A stretch of 64,000 bases of DNA, from positions 558,001 through 622,000 of the forward strand of contig CAJFCJ010000014.1 of NCBI GenBank assembly GCA_904063045.1, written 5' to 3'. This document shows positions 50,762 to 64,000 of this stretch, piece by piece. The stretch comes from Dimorphilus gyrociliatus (taxonomy: Eukaryota; Animalia; Annelida). A model generated the notes under the pieces. It had not been told where the DNA came from. It ran no database searches and worked only from the letters and a program-made list of their open reading frames with translations. Position 1 is the stretch's first letter, and each line of letters starts with the position of its first letter. Position numbers and translations under genes: made by a program.

Positions 50762-51794
50762 AGTTTTTTTTTTTGCCTTAAGGACTAAAGATCTACCGAT
50801 TATGTGTTAATCGATTTGTCTCTTCATTTTATTGCTATAAAGTTATATGGAATATTCTTATAGAATAGGTTTTTAATGTTTTCTTAAAGAATATTATTAT
50901 TATATTATTTTTTTGAATTTTCATGTAATGTCATAGATTATAAATACGAAAAAGGAAACTTTTGTTACCATTGTAATATTTTTTTTTTACGCAATTCGTC
51001 CCATGGCTATCGGGTTTCGCCAAAGCAAAATAGCTTAATTAGTAAAGCTTATCAACTAGAACCTTGTCTGCTATTATCCTATAAAAAGTTTCGAATTTCG
51101 AAGATAGAACGTTTAGAAGAGAACACAGAATATTCTACTAGGGGCAAAACTGGTAAAAGTGAAATAGTTTTTGCTAAGTCATTTATAAAATAAGCCTATG
51201 ATTAGGGGAACGTATCCTTAAGGGCTCTCTCTATTTTACTTGTTTCATCGTCCAATTCCTGCAAACATTTATAATAATTTTAGCTTTTATTACCTTATCG
51301 AGAAGAATTCGAATACGCTTAATTCATTAATAATTCTCATAAATAATCGTAAACACCCTCATTTAATCTGAAGTACAATTTAAACTAATCGCCCGTGAAA
51401 CTTTGAGGACAACATATTAAAAAAACCCGCCTTACAAAGGCAAATAATTAATCATAGTCAGAGATTTACGATATTCTAAGTTAGGGAATAGCTAGGTTTT
51501 TCGCTTATAGAAAATCGAAATATATAATCTATTATATTATTGTATATAAATATAAAATGCATTTCATTTTTGAAGTGTAAAGAGAAGGATGGAGAAACAT
51601 TTGAAAAAATTCGCCATTTTGTTTTTCTTCATTGATGTTTTTTTTATTGTTTAAAAGTTTTATTCTATAAAAAAGAGGTATATGAAATAATTAATAAAAT
51701 TATTTAAGATAAAAAAAGGAATATATATATAGAAAAAATAAAAGACAAATTGGAATGATTGATGACTCTTTTGTTGTCTTTTTCACTTGTTCGT

Positions 51795-54700
51795 CTAGAT
51801 GAAACATAGTTCTGTAAATGATCTAGATGACATGTCGATTCGTGCGTCCAATTCAGCTCTTGAAGCCTTATCAGCGAAATCATTGACAGTATACTTTTTC
51901 TTAATTTCTTCTCTTTCCTGTTTCGATTGTAGGGCCAAGTTCCTTGACTAAAAGCAAAAGATTATTACAATGGTAAATGGTATGATGAAAAGATATCTTT
52001 TAGCCTACTTTGGTTACCGCTTCCTCCTTTTCTTTAGCTATTAATCGACTTCGAGAGTCTTTTTGTTCGATATATTTTTTAATACTGTTCAATCGTTCGC
52101 CTTCATTTTTATCAATTCTGTCGATCAATTATAAGAATGAAATAGACTCCTTAGAAAGGAAAAGTTCAAAAAGAATGAAAGACTAACTTCTTTTTATTAT
52201 CAGTTAGTAGCCTCTCCCTCCTCAGCCTATCTCTTTGAGCCCGCAACATTTTTTCCTCAGAATTTCGTTCAGCCTTCAACTTGGCTTCTTGAGCTTGCTG
52301 CATGAAGGAATTTGTATGTAAAAAAAAAAAAAAACCCTTTAAATATTCTATTAACAATCAAAGGATTCCCTTAACAAACCTTTTCTTTTAGTAGCAATTC
52401 GTTCTTTCTTAATATTTCCATTTCTCTTTTTTCCTTTTGCTGTTTTTCCTTATTTCGATACATTCTAATGTCCAAGTCTTGCCTGACGGGAAGAAAGATA
52501 CGTGTGAAGAATGAACAATTTACAAAGTCATAGAAAATGATAGAGACAGAGAGACGGAGGGAGCGAGAGAAATTATTTCTTTAATTAGAACAAAAAGACG
52601 TACTTGCTCTTTTTGAGTTCGTTAACTTTTTGCTGATGAAGAGTGCTTCTCTTCTCTTCAGCAATTTTTAATTTCTTATTTAACTTATTCTCTAGATCTT
52701 CTTTCGTATCCCTGTAAAGAACGTAATAGCTGAATAACGGCTAATAAATATCATGTTACTAAGTAAATAAAAAAAAGGTCTATTTGAATGTAGTACCAAA
52801 TGAAAGAGCATCTTTAATTCAATGCAAATATGTTTAGGGATTATTATATAGACAAGTTGATCTAAAGTAAATAAACAGATTCGGTATTTCTTAGACCTGC
52901 CCAACCTGTTTTGTGCCTTTTTTTTTAAGTTAAAAAATACAAGCTCCCTTTTTTATCTGAACTGTTAGAAGACGGTGTTCTCTTTCATTTTTTCAGTTAG
53001 AAAGAACTTTTAATCCTTTGAAAACAAGGTTTTTGACTATTGGCGTTCAAGCGTGTTGTAGGGTGTAGCTCATATGCTTTCTATACATTCTACTAACGAT
53101 TTCTTCTTCTTCATAATAGCTTAACAAAAACTCCGCTTCTAAATTCTAATTGGAGTAATAAAAACGTAAGAAATATAACCAACAAGTAGGTTTTTTTGAT
53201 TTCTTTCCTATTGTCCTCTTAGCAATACGATTTCCGCTTTGGGGCGTTATAATAAAACTATTAATAGTCCAAACATGGTATGGACCAACAATATTAACAA
53301 TAGAGAAATTATTTTAATAATAATTATTATAACAATAATTATAATAATAAACAATCGGAATAGAACAAATTCAGGTTATACAGGAAATAATAGAAAGTGG
53401 ATAGTTGCCGCACGATTAGCTACTTTTGAAAATCTATACTTACTTTTGTTTACAGTGCAAATCCTCATTACGATCTTCAAACAGTCGTTGGCTTTGTTGA
53501 GCGCGTTGCTTTCGTTGCTGAAAAAATTTTGTATAAATAAAATACAATATGGTTATAAAATATTGTCAGCAATAAGTCTTTAATTGAGTAATTCAATTGA
53601 AATAGTTTCTATTACCTCACTAATTTGCAGTTCTCTTTGCTCCTTTAACGATTGTGCCCTTTTCAAACTAATCTCTCGTTTCTTAATAGCCGCTTCCATA
53701 CTCTCTTTCTCCTGCTGTTCAAGTTCTCCCTTTCTGTGCTCTTGCAATTTTTTACGGTCTTCGCTTAATTTTCTTTGTCTATCCATTTTTGATTCCTAAA
53801 TGAAGAGAATTCGTTTGAAACAAGAGATTATAATTCTAAGCTAATTATAAAATCATACGTAAAGGTTTCTCTCTTCTTTTATAAAATTATACTTACCCTA
53901 ATGCTAGCTTGTCTTCTTAGAGTCGACTCTACACGATACTCTTTTTCAACAACTGCAGCAAATTTCTCTCGTCGTTCTTCTTCCTCCATTCTCTTCCTGG
54001 CTTCTTCTACTTTGGCCTAAGTTAGTTGTTCGATCGGTTAAATCTACCGGAAATGCGGGTAATATTTGTTAAGTTATATTATTACCGCTCGGGCTTCCCT
54101 CAATAGGTGAAATTCTGAATTGCTACGACTTCGTAGGCTTTCCGTCGATACTCTAGTTTCGGCTTCCTTTTCTCTCTGGATCCTCGCTCGTTCCCGTTTT
54201 TTATTATCAACAGCTTCGCCTTCTCGTCTGGCTTTCATTATTTCTATTATTTTTCTGTCCTAATAATAGAGAATATATTTAGTGTTAAAAGAGCTGATAG
54301 GACTGTTATAATTCTTCTGTCAATTAACTCACATTAGCACTTTTGGCACTTAGTTGAGGTTTATAAGTCATTGACACGGAACGCTGAGGGCAAAAGAAAA
54401 TAAAAGTTTTTTTGGAATACAAAGAATAAGTCTTTTCTTGCTTTTTTTTCTCTCTTTTAAAAAAGTTATTCTACCTGAATTACTCTTGGCGCCGCATCGA
54501 CGCTTCGTCTCCCCTTTTTGCCGGAAGTAGAATTTTCTTTGGTTACATGTCCGGCTGAGGTAAGATCGGTCGTACTTTGACTCCGACTAGACGGGGAATT
54601 AGAAACTAAACGTCTACGGGTTGAATTTTCAACTTCCTCTATCTGCCTTGGTGAATTTTTCGCCTTGGAAAGTCTTTCCTGCTTTCGTCTAGTGAAGATA

Positions 54701-57700
54701 AAACTATAATTAATGTCAAAAGGAATAAAGCAGTTAAAAAAACGAAGGATACAAAGGTATATGTAAATTAAACAATTCAATACTTCTAAATCCAATAATA
54801 ACAAACCAGGGCATGCACAAACAGGCCTATAAGGCTCATTGAATAAACGTATCAATCACAATGCATTCTTTTGAGCGGCGAAAGAACACCTGTCATGGAT
54901 TGAATGCAATGACAACTCCCGTTTCATACTCCCTCCAACGATCAACTTTTATACGTTACAATATTTTGTCGACAGATCAGTCCTTATGACGTTTAATTTT
55001 TACCGTTGACTTTTTAGGCCTAATTTACACAACTGTTAGAGAGAAAATAGACCTGTCTCTTCTTCCTGACATACTAACAGGCAGAGTTAAAGGGCTTTTT
55101 GAATTAAACATTCTAATATTTTCAGGTCGGTAGCAGCTATTCTTTACGCCTTTTAAGTTTATGGAAAAGTTTTGTCGGCTTGCACGTTTTGTGATAACCG
55201 ATTCAAGAATGTTTCGCTCGTACCAATCCATTAGCTTTTGCCGCCAGTTTAGGCCTTTTAAAGGCATTAATTCTTGATTCGTGGGCAATTTTTCGCCCTT
55301 TTCACAAGTTGCATTACTAATCTTTTTTTTAGCTCGGTACTTGACTCTACGCTTTCCTCCTTGTTGCTCTTGACCCAGCATTGGAATCTTCTTTCTGGGT
55401 AATAGCCCTGGTAAGCCCTTTAAAATGGGCGTCTTCTTTCTCCATATTGGTATTTCTTTTGTATCAACCGAATCGATGCAAATACGATTTAATTTCAATA
55501 CGGGACGGTTCCTAGTAATATCCAAGTCCTGTAGGAATCGCCTCATTTGAGGATTTGCCTCATTTAGAGAGAATAATGAGAAATTACCGCTATCCTTCTC
55601 ATCCATATTAATAATGCTGCACAACTGCAGTAAAGCTACATTTACATCTCGAAAAAAATGCCGGTAATTAAAGGTTAAAAGCAACTACAAATATGAAATA
55701 TAGATGATAGTTTAGTTCGGTTTGTCGTAACTTCTCAACAGGTATACACGTAGCGCATTACAGGTAAAGCAAATTTCAGTTTTTCTTTTCAGTGTTAATT
55801 ATATATATTAGATATGGTTAGGGTGGGTAGGAGGGAGTGGGGGGTGGAGGAAAAAGAGCGTTAGCGAAATGGAAGCAACACTTAGACGGCACCATACTGA
55901 GCTCTTAATACCTACATTCCAATATTTTTGCCGGAGGCCAAAACCATTTATACAATGGTGATAAAAAAAAGCTCATAGACAACAGTCTGCAAAGGATCAG
56001 CAACAAAAATAATTAAAGGGGGTCCTAACTGTCATATCGACCCTTTTTTATAGCCTTTAAGGACAATCAACCTTGATATAACATTTTCTACTCGACTCTT
56101 GACAATTCTTTTTCTAGGTTATAATTACCCGTGAGATAATCCAACAAAATCTCGTTTGAAGACTACCGCGAAATATTCGTAATATACAAGAAAAACAGAC
56201 GTAAATTATTCACATATGACAAGTCAAATAAACCGATAACAATGGTTGTAATAAATTAAACAGTCACTTGGTTCATAATCTCGTCGTACTCAAGTTGGTG
56301 ACAATATACACAAACTATTGAAATTGAATCAAAATTTATCATCACGCTTCGATTGATCATGACAAAAGGAGGAAAAAGACTTTTTTTCATAAATAATCAT
56401 ATATTCCTCTTTGATTAACTTACCGGCATAAGGAGCAATGTATTTGCGATTGATTTATCCAGTATTCATCATTAACTTCATTATCACAATCACATATAGC
56501 CGAATCGGCATCATCTGGTGATTTTGGTCTTTGTATTTCCAGTTGCGCATGAATTTCCTCTTGGGTAGGAGGAATACTATTATAACTATCCTCCTGATCC
56601 GATCTATGATGAGCACTAAGCTTTTGAAATTTTTCCTTTAGTCTCTTAAAACTGAAAGAATGTTTTTTTTCTTCTGCATTCTCGTGTTTACTCTCATTAA
56701 GATCTTCGTTTCTTATTTTTCTTATTCCCGGATTATACTCAATTTGAGCGTTCGTCAATCTTGAATGTGAATTACGCCAACTTTTCTGCGCGGGAGAAGT
56801 TGAAGCGGTCGCCATTCTACGGCCAGCTACTTATACAATAGCTAAACTTAGACTTAGGTGATTTTAACGCCAGCTGGCGTTAGTGTTTCTTTTCCAAAAG
56901 CGCTAACGATTCAAGCGCTTTGAACGGGGGGGAAATTATTAAGAAAAGAGTGGGGCGAGTATCTCAGCCTTCCCATAGCGTATCGGATTCGTATTTCTCA
57001 CGTATAAAACACGTAAAACAAGTTCTACATTTCACTACCGAATATTAGATTTATAACTTAAAAATATGGATCAATAGGCATACCTTTTCAAGAAGTCTGG
57101 TATTACGTTAGAGCAAGAACGGACAAATTTTCGAAAATCTGACATATTCTCCCACGCAGGAAAAAAGGGTGGAGTGAAAACTTTTCAAAAAATTCTAGGC
57201 CTATCATCACATCGGCATTGTTAGTATCCGACAAAGGACCAGGATAATTCTTTTCTTGTGCCAGAGTACGCAAGAGCTTGTTAAACCATTAAATATACAA
57301 ATTGCTAAGTTTTTCGTAGGAAGGCTCTCTACTATTTATAGATATGTTTTTGATAAACAAGAAATTGAACCAATAATCGCAAAGAGAAATAATAAAACTA
57401 CTATTCAAATCAAGTCGATAATCCCCATTTCAACCTAATTTAAGCTTCAAATATGTTCAATTTACAGACTTTACAGGTGTCACTAGCTTACGAAAAAAAA
57501 GGCACACCCTTACAATAAGAAACGAACCTTTCAACAGAGTGCATTCCTAATTTTCCTTTTGATGTTTTTCCACCAACCTTTCCATTCTTTAAGGGGTTCC
57601 TTCTCTTAACAGAATTGCTGTTCTCTTTGACCTTTATGCTAGTTGAATCATAAGCTTTTGATAACTTTTCTCTCTTTTCAATTTCCCTATTATGATCTTG

Positions 57701-58453
57701 CAAAGCTCTGTTCAATTGTTGTCTAAAGTATACTTTCCAATAATAATAAATTAAGTAAACCTTTCATTAACTTCTTCTGCCGAAATCCTTTTATGGCCGT
57801 ATGAAGTTACCCATGCAGTTCTCTTTCTTTGTAGACTACCAGTATCGAGAATTTCATCTAATAAAGGTTTTTAATTTGCTTTCATTAAAGATAGTGATGG
57901 ATGTGAACGTCTCTTAGAGATCTTTGAACTTTGTTTACCTATTTCGTTGTTATCGATATTTGAAGAATTTCCCGAGTCGCTAGACGGAATCGTAATTGTT
58001 TGAATTCCATCGTTCAGATAATTCTCTTCGACAATTCTTTGTCTTTCTTCTAGACATAGCCGCAGTTTACCTGTAGTAAATATGAATTAATTAAAATTCG
58101 CGTTACTAGTCAAACTGCGAAAAGCATACTTATCCTTTCTTTCTCGTGTTCATCGTACAAGTCGAATATTGTACACGTGGGTATGCCTTTCGGCAACAAT
58201 TCCTCTTGAAAATCCCGCAGAGGCTTCCTCAAAAGTTCAACGGGCTTAAAGTTAAGCCTGGCGCAAGCTTCCAGCGATCTGGGGCTTGTTAGAACATATT
58301 TACTTTCTTCGAACTTTGGATCTTCGAAGTTCAGCAGACTTATGTTCAGTTTTTCTGGTTGACGATTTCCTAAAATTCGGTTACGAATTTAAAGAACTCA
58401 ACGAAGACATAACATAAAGTCAAAAAAACTCTTGATAATATTTTACCTTCCAT
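51795..58453 (-). CDS. CCDC177: Coiled-coil domain-containing protein 177 homolog (DUF4659 family), more than 14 exons
   Basis: [49 protein letters not shown] matches CCDC177 as recalled ([33 protein letters not shown]). Also DRKIIEIMKARR and the terminal SRNLALQSKQEREEIKKKYTVNDFADKASRAELDARI. Confidence 0.85.
55025..55606 (-). CDS. Possible nested intronless gene or alternative terminal exon inside a CCDC177 intron, 193 aa, basic
   Basis: A stop-free frame of 660 nt, with MDEKDSGNF from the first ATG, is far longer than expected in AT-rich intron. No homolog recognised. Confidence 0.4.
   Translation of the reverse strand: MDEKDSGNFSLFSLNEANPQMRRFLQDLDITRNRPVLKLNRICIDSVDTKEIPIWRKKTPILKGLPGLLPRKKIPMLGQEQQGGKRRVKYRAKKKISNATCEKGEKLPTNQELMPLKGLNWRQKLMDWYERNILESVITKRASRQNFSINLKGVKNSCYRPENIRMFNSKSPLTLPVSMSGRRDRSIFSLTVV
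55821..55844 (+). other. Canonical G-quadruplex-forming motif
   Basis: GGG-T-GGG-TAGGA-GGG-AGT-GGGGGG fits G3N1-7G3N1-7G3N1-7G3. Confidence 0.6.
56865..56882. repeat. Perfect 18-bp palindrome centred on a CAGCTG E-box
   Basis: TAACGCCAGCTGGCGTTA is its own reverse complement. It is followed by an 8-bp inverted repeat, AAAGCGCT...AGCGCTTT. Confidence 0.85.
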
Positions 58454-59721
58454 ACTATAATTCTTAAGAGCAACGTAAAAGCTAAACTAAAAATAATAAA
58501 CTAAAAGAATCGGCGTTTAAAGACGTATTTGTAGGACGGAAAGTGGATTTATAATCGGACGGAATGAAAACAAGTCCATGCAGGCGCGAATATTAGGCCT
58601 ACGAAAGAGATTATAAACATAGAACAACTAAGAAGATTGAACAACTCGTTTATTTGTTCACGTTACAAATATTTGAATATTCATTTAATTTCTAATTAAT
58701 TATATATAACTAATCTATGAATAAATTTTCGTTCTACTAAACAAATATGAAAGAAGAAAGAAAGCGTTGCTCTATTTCTTCATATTATTATTCTTCCCTT
58801 TTTACTTCTTACTGTCATAGTCATAATGAACTTATTGAATTAGTTTGGAAATGAATTTACAATAATTAACCACTGAATATTTGTTATACGAAGGGAAAAT
58901 CATATTTCATAAATGGTAAAATATGATGAATTATACGAAAATGATAGTATTTCCATACAAAATATGAATGAAAAGATATAATTTAGGTTATTGCGGAGAA
59001 ATATACTAACGATACCAAGAAACATGAATAAAATATCAATTTCCCCCTCCTACTATAGAATATAACTCAAAAAGGTGTCTGAATTGAGGATTCTTGCACA
59101 AAAGATCAGTAAATGATAGGATATGAGTATAGATTTTTTTATATTCAAGAAAGAGGATGGTTGAATCGGTACAAAAACTTTTAGTTCCGTTTTTTTTCTC
59201 TCCTTTTTTTACTTTGGCTATAAAATAGATTCTGAATCTCGCCTAACATAACAAAAATTACCATTTTTTATTCATTTATGTCGTTTTCTGTATTTCTATT
59301 CAAGAGGAACGAGATTTTTATCATAAAATCACTCTTGGTGGGTGATATCGAATTATAAACTAGGTGTCGTTTGTATAGAAATTTCTCCCCTCTTTCTTTT
59401 TCCTTCACTCCACCCACCCCCCGTAAAATGTTTTTATGTATAAGAGATGAATTGAACAAGCCTCTTGAACATAGTTTATCTTTTATAGCTATATACATAA
59501 GGAAACAATTAAACACTCTTTTATACTGCTAAATACGCTTAAGTAAATGGATGGTAAACTATATTATATAAGAAAAGTTCCTATGAATCAACTAGATGGC
59601 TCTGTACACCCAGCTTAAAAGAGATAATTTTATAATAAAATGATTTCTATTAATACATAAAAGGCGTATACAGTATAATTAAATATCATTAACAGATAGA
59701 GAGAAAGATTTAAGTAGAGAA

Positions 59722-59744
59722 AGAGAGAGAGAGAGAGAGAGAGA
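59722..59744. repeat. (GA)n microsatellite
   Basis: About 11 GA units. A (CT)n run of similar size lies at 25233-25252. Confidence 0.9.
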
Positions 59745-60191
59745 TGATACAGTGTTGCATCTGCAAAATATTAATGCTAAAAAGATATTACTAAACAAAC
59801 AAAGTATTGAAAAAACAAATAAAAGACATCTGGAATTATCAGCGTATTCCTTTTAATTATAACTTTATTAAACGTATACAAAACAATTTCTATAGATTGA
59901 ATGTAAGTTAAAGTTTAACTTCTTATATCATAATTTTGAATTTCCGACAACATATATTTAGGAATTCATTAATTACAACTGCAAGCAAATAATCCATTAA
60001 ATCAATTTATTTTTAAGTAGATTATAAAGGATTATTGAAATTAGAAGTATTTCTTTTTTCAAGTATAAAAAAGTAGAAAGAGTAACACATGGTTAAAGTA
60101 TAAAGAAAAACTAATTGTAAAAAAACAGTTAATTTAAAAATATACCAGTTTGCACTGTGTTAAAACTGTTATAAGTTTTTAACAAATGATC

Positions 60192-61761
60192 CTAGTCATC
60201 AGATATTGTCTCGGCCAATGAATTCAATTGTTGAGATAGTTCTTGTACCTTTGAAATTATATTTAATTTTTCTTCTTCCTTCCATCTTCCATTACATCTT
60301 TGTTTGAATCTAAAAACACAAACAACGACTTTTTAATTTTATATAATTTAATAGAATATAACTATTGTACCTATCCGGATGCCATCGGACCTGTTGTATT
60401 CTGATATGTTTCTTTTTACTTCCAAATTTTTTATCACAGAGTAAAAATGTCTTTAGTAATTCTATATTCTTTGTCAAAAATCCTAGTGGCCATGGAATTT
60501 CTTCCAATAAAATAGGTTTTTTTGACGAAGCTGAAAATAACTTTGAACAAGATAATTCGTATTTTAGTTTTTTCATAACTAAATTAGCTTCGCTTAAGCT
60601 TTCTTTTTCAGATTCAACCCATTTTAAGGTTTTAAACTTTCTTTCTTTTGGTTTGTTATCTTTGTCTTCTTTACTTGATTTCTTATAAAATTGAAATTTT
60701 TTACTTCTTTTTTTCTTTTCATATTGTTTATAGACGTCGTTGAACCAATCGCCATTTGGTTCCCTATTATCCATTTCTGGGAAGAATGAATAAGCTACGA
60801 TTACCCTATATAAAAGGTTTCTAAAGGGTTCTTATACCTTCTCGATCTGAATATCTACCCATTTCTGCCGCTATATCATCGTCGATTGCTGAATTAAGCT
60901 TTTCTGACCATCTTCTCTCTTGCTCACCATCACTTACTTTTTCTCTGTCAGAGTCATAGTAGTCATCGAAATAGTATTCATCGTCATCATCGTCATCATC
61001 ATCATCGTCGTCGTCGTCATCATCGTCATTAAATTCATCACTAAAATCGTTTCCGTCTTTTGTCTCTTCTTTATTATACTCTTTCTCAGCCATGAAAGAG
61101 CTGTAATCCTTGTTTTTGAAACATATTATATAGAATGCACTGTATATATTAGAATATTTAAAATATCTATCTACTTTAAGTTTACGAATAATTGATTCTT
61201 GAAAGAAACCAACTCTGGGATCCTCCATACTATCCAAATTGGAAGAACTTTGAAATATGTTTAAAAATAATAATCCTATTTCTGTGGAAACAACACAAAA
61301 TAGAAAAAGGGATATTATGTAGTCTTAATGAACATTTATGGTTTTACTAGTAGAAATATTCTATTACTCTTAGTATTTCCACATTGAGCCAAGCAACTAA
61401 AGACGTCTTCTCCTTTGTCATTTGACTGCATAATGTTAGCACCTTTTTTAATCAAATATCTGTAAAAATGATCATAGTATATAGTCAATGAATATATTTT
61501 TAACATTTTGAATTAATTAGAAATATTATTTTAGATATAGTCATGGCTTTCTCATACTTGCCTTACAACTCTGACGCTTCCGCTTTTACAACCCAACAAG
61601 AACATGGAATCGCCAAATAGACTAGTATGATTTATATCTAATTTTTTCTTCTTTAACAGTTTCTTCAATTTTCCTTTCTTATCGTTAGAAATATACTTAA
61701 TAAGATGTTTTATTTTCCGATTAGAAATTTTTTTACGATCTTTTTCGGGTGTCGGAGTCAT
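60192..61761 (-). CDS. NFKBIL1: NF-kappa-B inhibitor-like protein 1 (ankyrin repeats, acidic tract, J-like C-terminal motif), multi-exon
   Basis: Ankyrin-like GDSMFLLGCKSGSVRVVR-YLIKKGANI, ERRWSEKLNSAIDDDIAAEMGRY, EEIPWP and HIRIQQVRWHPDR-FKQR...ELSQQLN match NFKBIL1 (YLRVQQVRWHPDRFLQR...ALSQALN). Confidence 0.85.
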
Positions 61762-62125
61762 AGTTTCGATTAAGAATCCCAAGACGATTCACATCTTTTT
61801 AAGAGTGAGATCTAAAGAGCTTTTTTTTAAAAAAAATTGTACATATTCGAAGTTTATCAAATGTTTTTTTAATTTTAAACATAGCATATTATCGCTACGA
61901 ACAATTTCCGGTTAGGAGAATTTTGTATTTGAGAAAACGGGTAGCGCGAATTTTCGAAAAAGTAATAACTATATTTTTAATACTTGAATAAAGAATCCAT
62001 GGAATGCGAGAGTGTCTCTTATAATTATTAAAGTATAGATTTGTAATCGAATTGAGATTGTAATTGAAAAAAATTTGAACAATAATAATATAAAAGTCTA
62101 TATGAAATTGTACAGAGTGAAGCAT

Positions 62126-62775
62126 TCATTCAGATGTACTAGAACTTGTAGTGGGTTCAGGCGCTTCCTCAGTATTTCCAGCATCAGCTTTATCGTCTAC
62201 TACTATTGATTTTCGACTAGTTTCTTTCTGAATATTATAATGTAGTTTGCTTAATCTCTCCTAAGAAAAAGAGAAAAAAATTAGATATATTTATGTATTT
62301 GTATTAGATAGCTGATCGAAAGTATTCCTTATGGTGCAAACCTGGGCATTCTGTAAGATATTATTGACTATATTTATACGTCGACGTGTATTATTTAGTT
62401 TCTTAACATATGGGTTAAGATCAGCTGGAATGCCATGCGATTCAGATATTTTTTTCAAGTCTGCAAACAAAAAATATATTAACTTTGACAATTATGCATT
62501 CAATGTACTAACCGTCATTTAGTATTTCTATACTGTGTTGCAAATCAACTTGACTTTGTCTATAAATTTATTACAAAGTAACAATCTTAATTTGCGAAAA
62601 TTATGAACTGCTTAAAATATCGTTCCAACCTTACTGAACGAACACGATCGTCAACTTCCTGTACAGCTGGTGTAAGCAAGGATAATAAGCCTTCAGTAAC
62701 GGCCTCCTGAGTATCATATTCTCCTGCTATTCGACCGGTTCCCGGGGCTGATAGAGCTTCTTCCTCACTCGACAT
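62126..62775 (-). CDS. SNAPIN: SNARE-associated protein Snapin (BLOC-1/BORC subunit), 4 exons
   Basis: EGLLSLLTPAVQEVDDRVRSVR-QSQVDL...-DLNPYVKKLNNTRRRINIVNNILQNAQ-ERLSKL. Confidence 0.93.
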
Positions 62776-63099
62776 TTGCCTATTGTTACACCTACAAGTG
62801 TTAACCGGTTGGACAGATGACCGGTCATTGATTATTTTCAAACACTTTAACTTTATAAATTTGGCTTTTTTCTACGCCCACATTTTGTAAAATGTCTTTT
62901 TTAAAGAACAATATTCGAAATTTAAAATAATGATAAAAATATATTTTCTCCTCATTACTGTAGGCTCACATTTGATAATTTATTAAATAACAGTGTTTTG
63001 ATGTAAAGGGTGATATCATGAGAACGAAATGCGTTATTTTTCCAACAACAAAAAATGAGAATTGTAATATAAAACATTGTCCTAGGAACTGGCAGTCAA

Positions 63100-64000
<901 letters not shown>

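Noticed and set aside
53239-53583. Plus-strand 114-aa ORF with poly-Ile/Asn
   Set aside because: It has a TTG start, is built on ATA/ATT repeats, and overlaps a real CCDC177 exon (53437-53522) on the other strand.
56015-56050. Hairpin plus T-run resembling a rho-independent terminator
   Set aside because: The context is eukaryotic and intronic, the stem has only 5 G-C-rich pairs plus wobble/AT pairs, and there is no upstream Pol III gene.
59268-59516. 82-aa minus-strand ORF between CCDC177 and NFKBIL1
   Set aside because: No motif, codon bias or splice chain supports it. It is likely chance in UTR or promoter DNA.

Overview
Eukaryotic nuclear DNA from a very compact, AT-rich invertebrate genome, using the standard genetic code and GT-AG introns mostly about 50-70 nt long. 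About 24 protein-coding genes lie in 64 kb. A lophotrochozoan-type origin is my inference from gene content (RSPH9, ANKRD60, M1AP, ATD/DTD2, papilin with lagrin, antistasin and WAP modules), not something I can prove. Gene order: SLC18-like transporter (-, partial), RSPH9 (-), ADAT3 (-), NDUFAF5 (+), C2H2 zinc-finger protein with a ZAD-like N-terminus (+), gamma-tubulin (-), SYNJ2BP (+), C19orf47 homolog (-), membrane-anchored tandem START protein (+), papilin (+), DTD2/ATD (-), FABP-like (-), degenerate MDR/ADH-fold protein (+), DUSP23 (+), M1AP (+), FKBPL-like (+), ANKRD60 (+), KDM5 (+), achaete-scute-like bHLH (+), a ~970 aa orphan (-), CCDC177 (-) with a nested ORF, NFKBIL1 (-), SNAPIN (-), HSPA5/BiP (-, partial). 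Several of these genes are largely invisible in the ORF track and were rebuilt by joining exons in phase by eye. I found no tRNA, rRNA, CRISPR array or transposase, and no unambiguous new multi-gene system. The best leads are: a proto-MHC-like linkage signature interleaved with a second ancestral linkage group; a dense cluster of HES/Hairy-type sites upstream of the bHLH gene; a TM-START-START protein; a ZAD-like zinc-finger protein built from a duplicated three-finger unit; and the multi-start CCDC177 locus. All homology calls and human map positions are from memory and need database confirmation.
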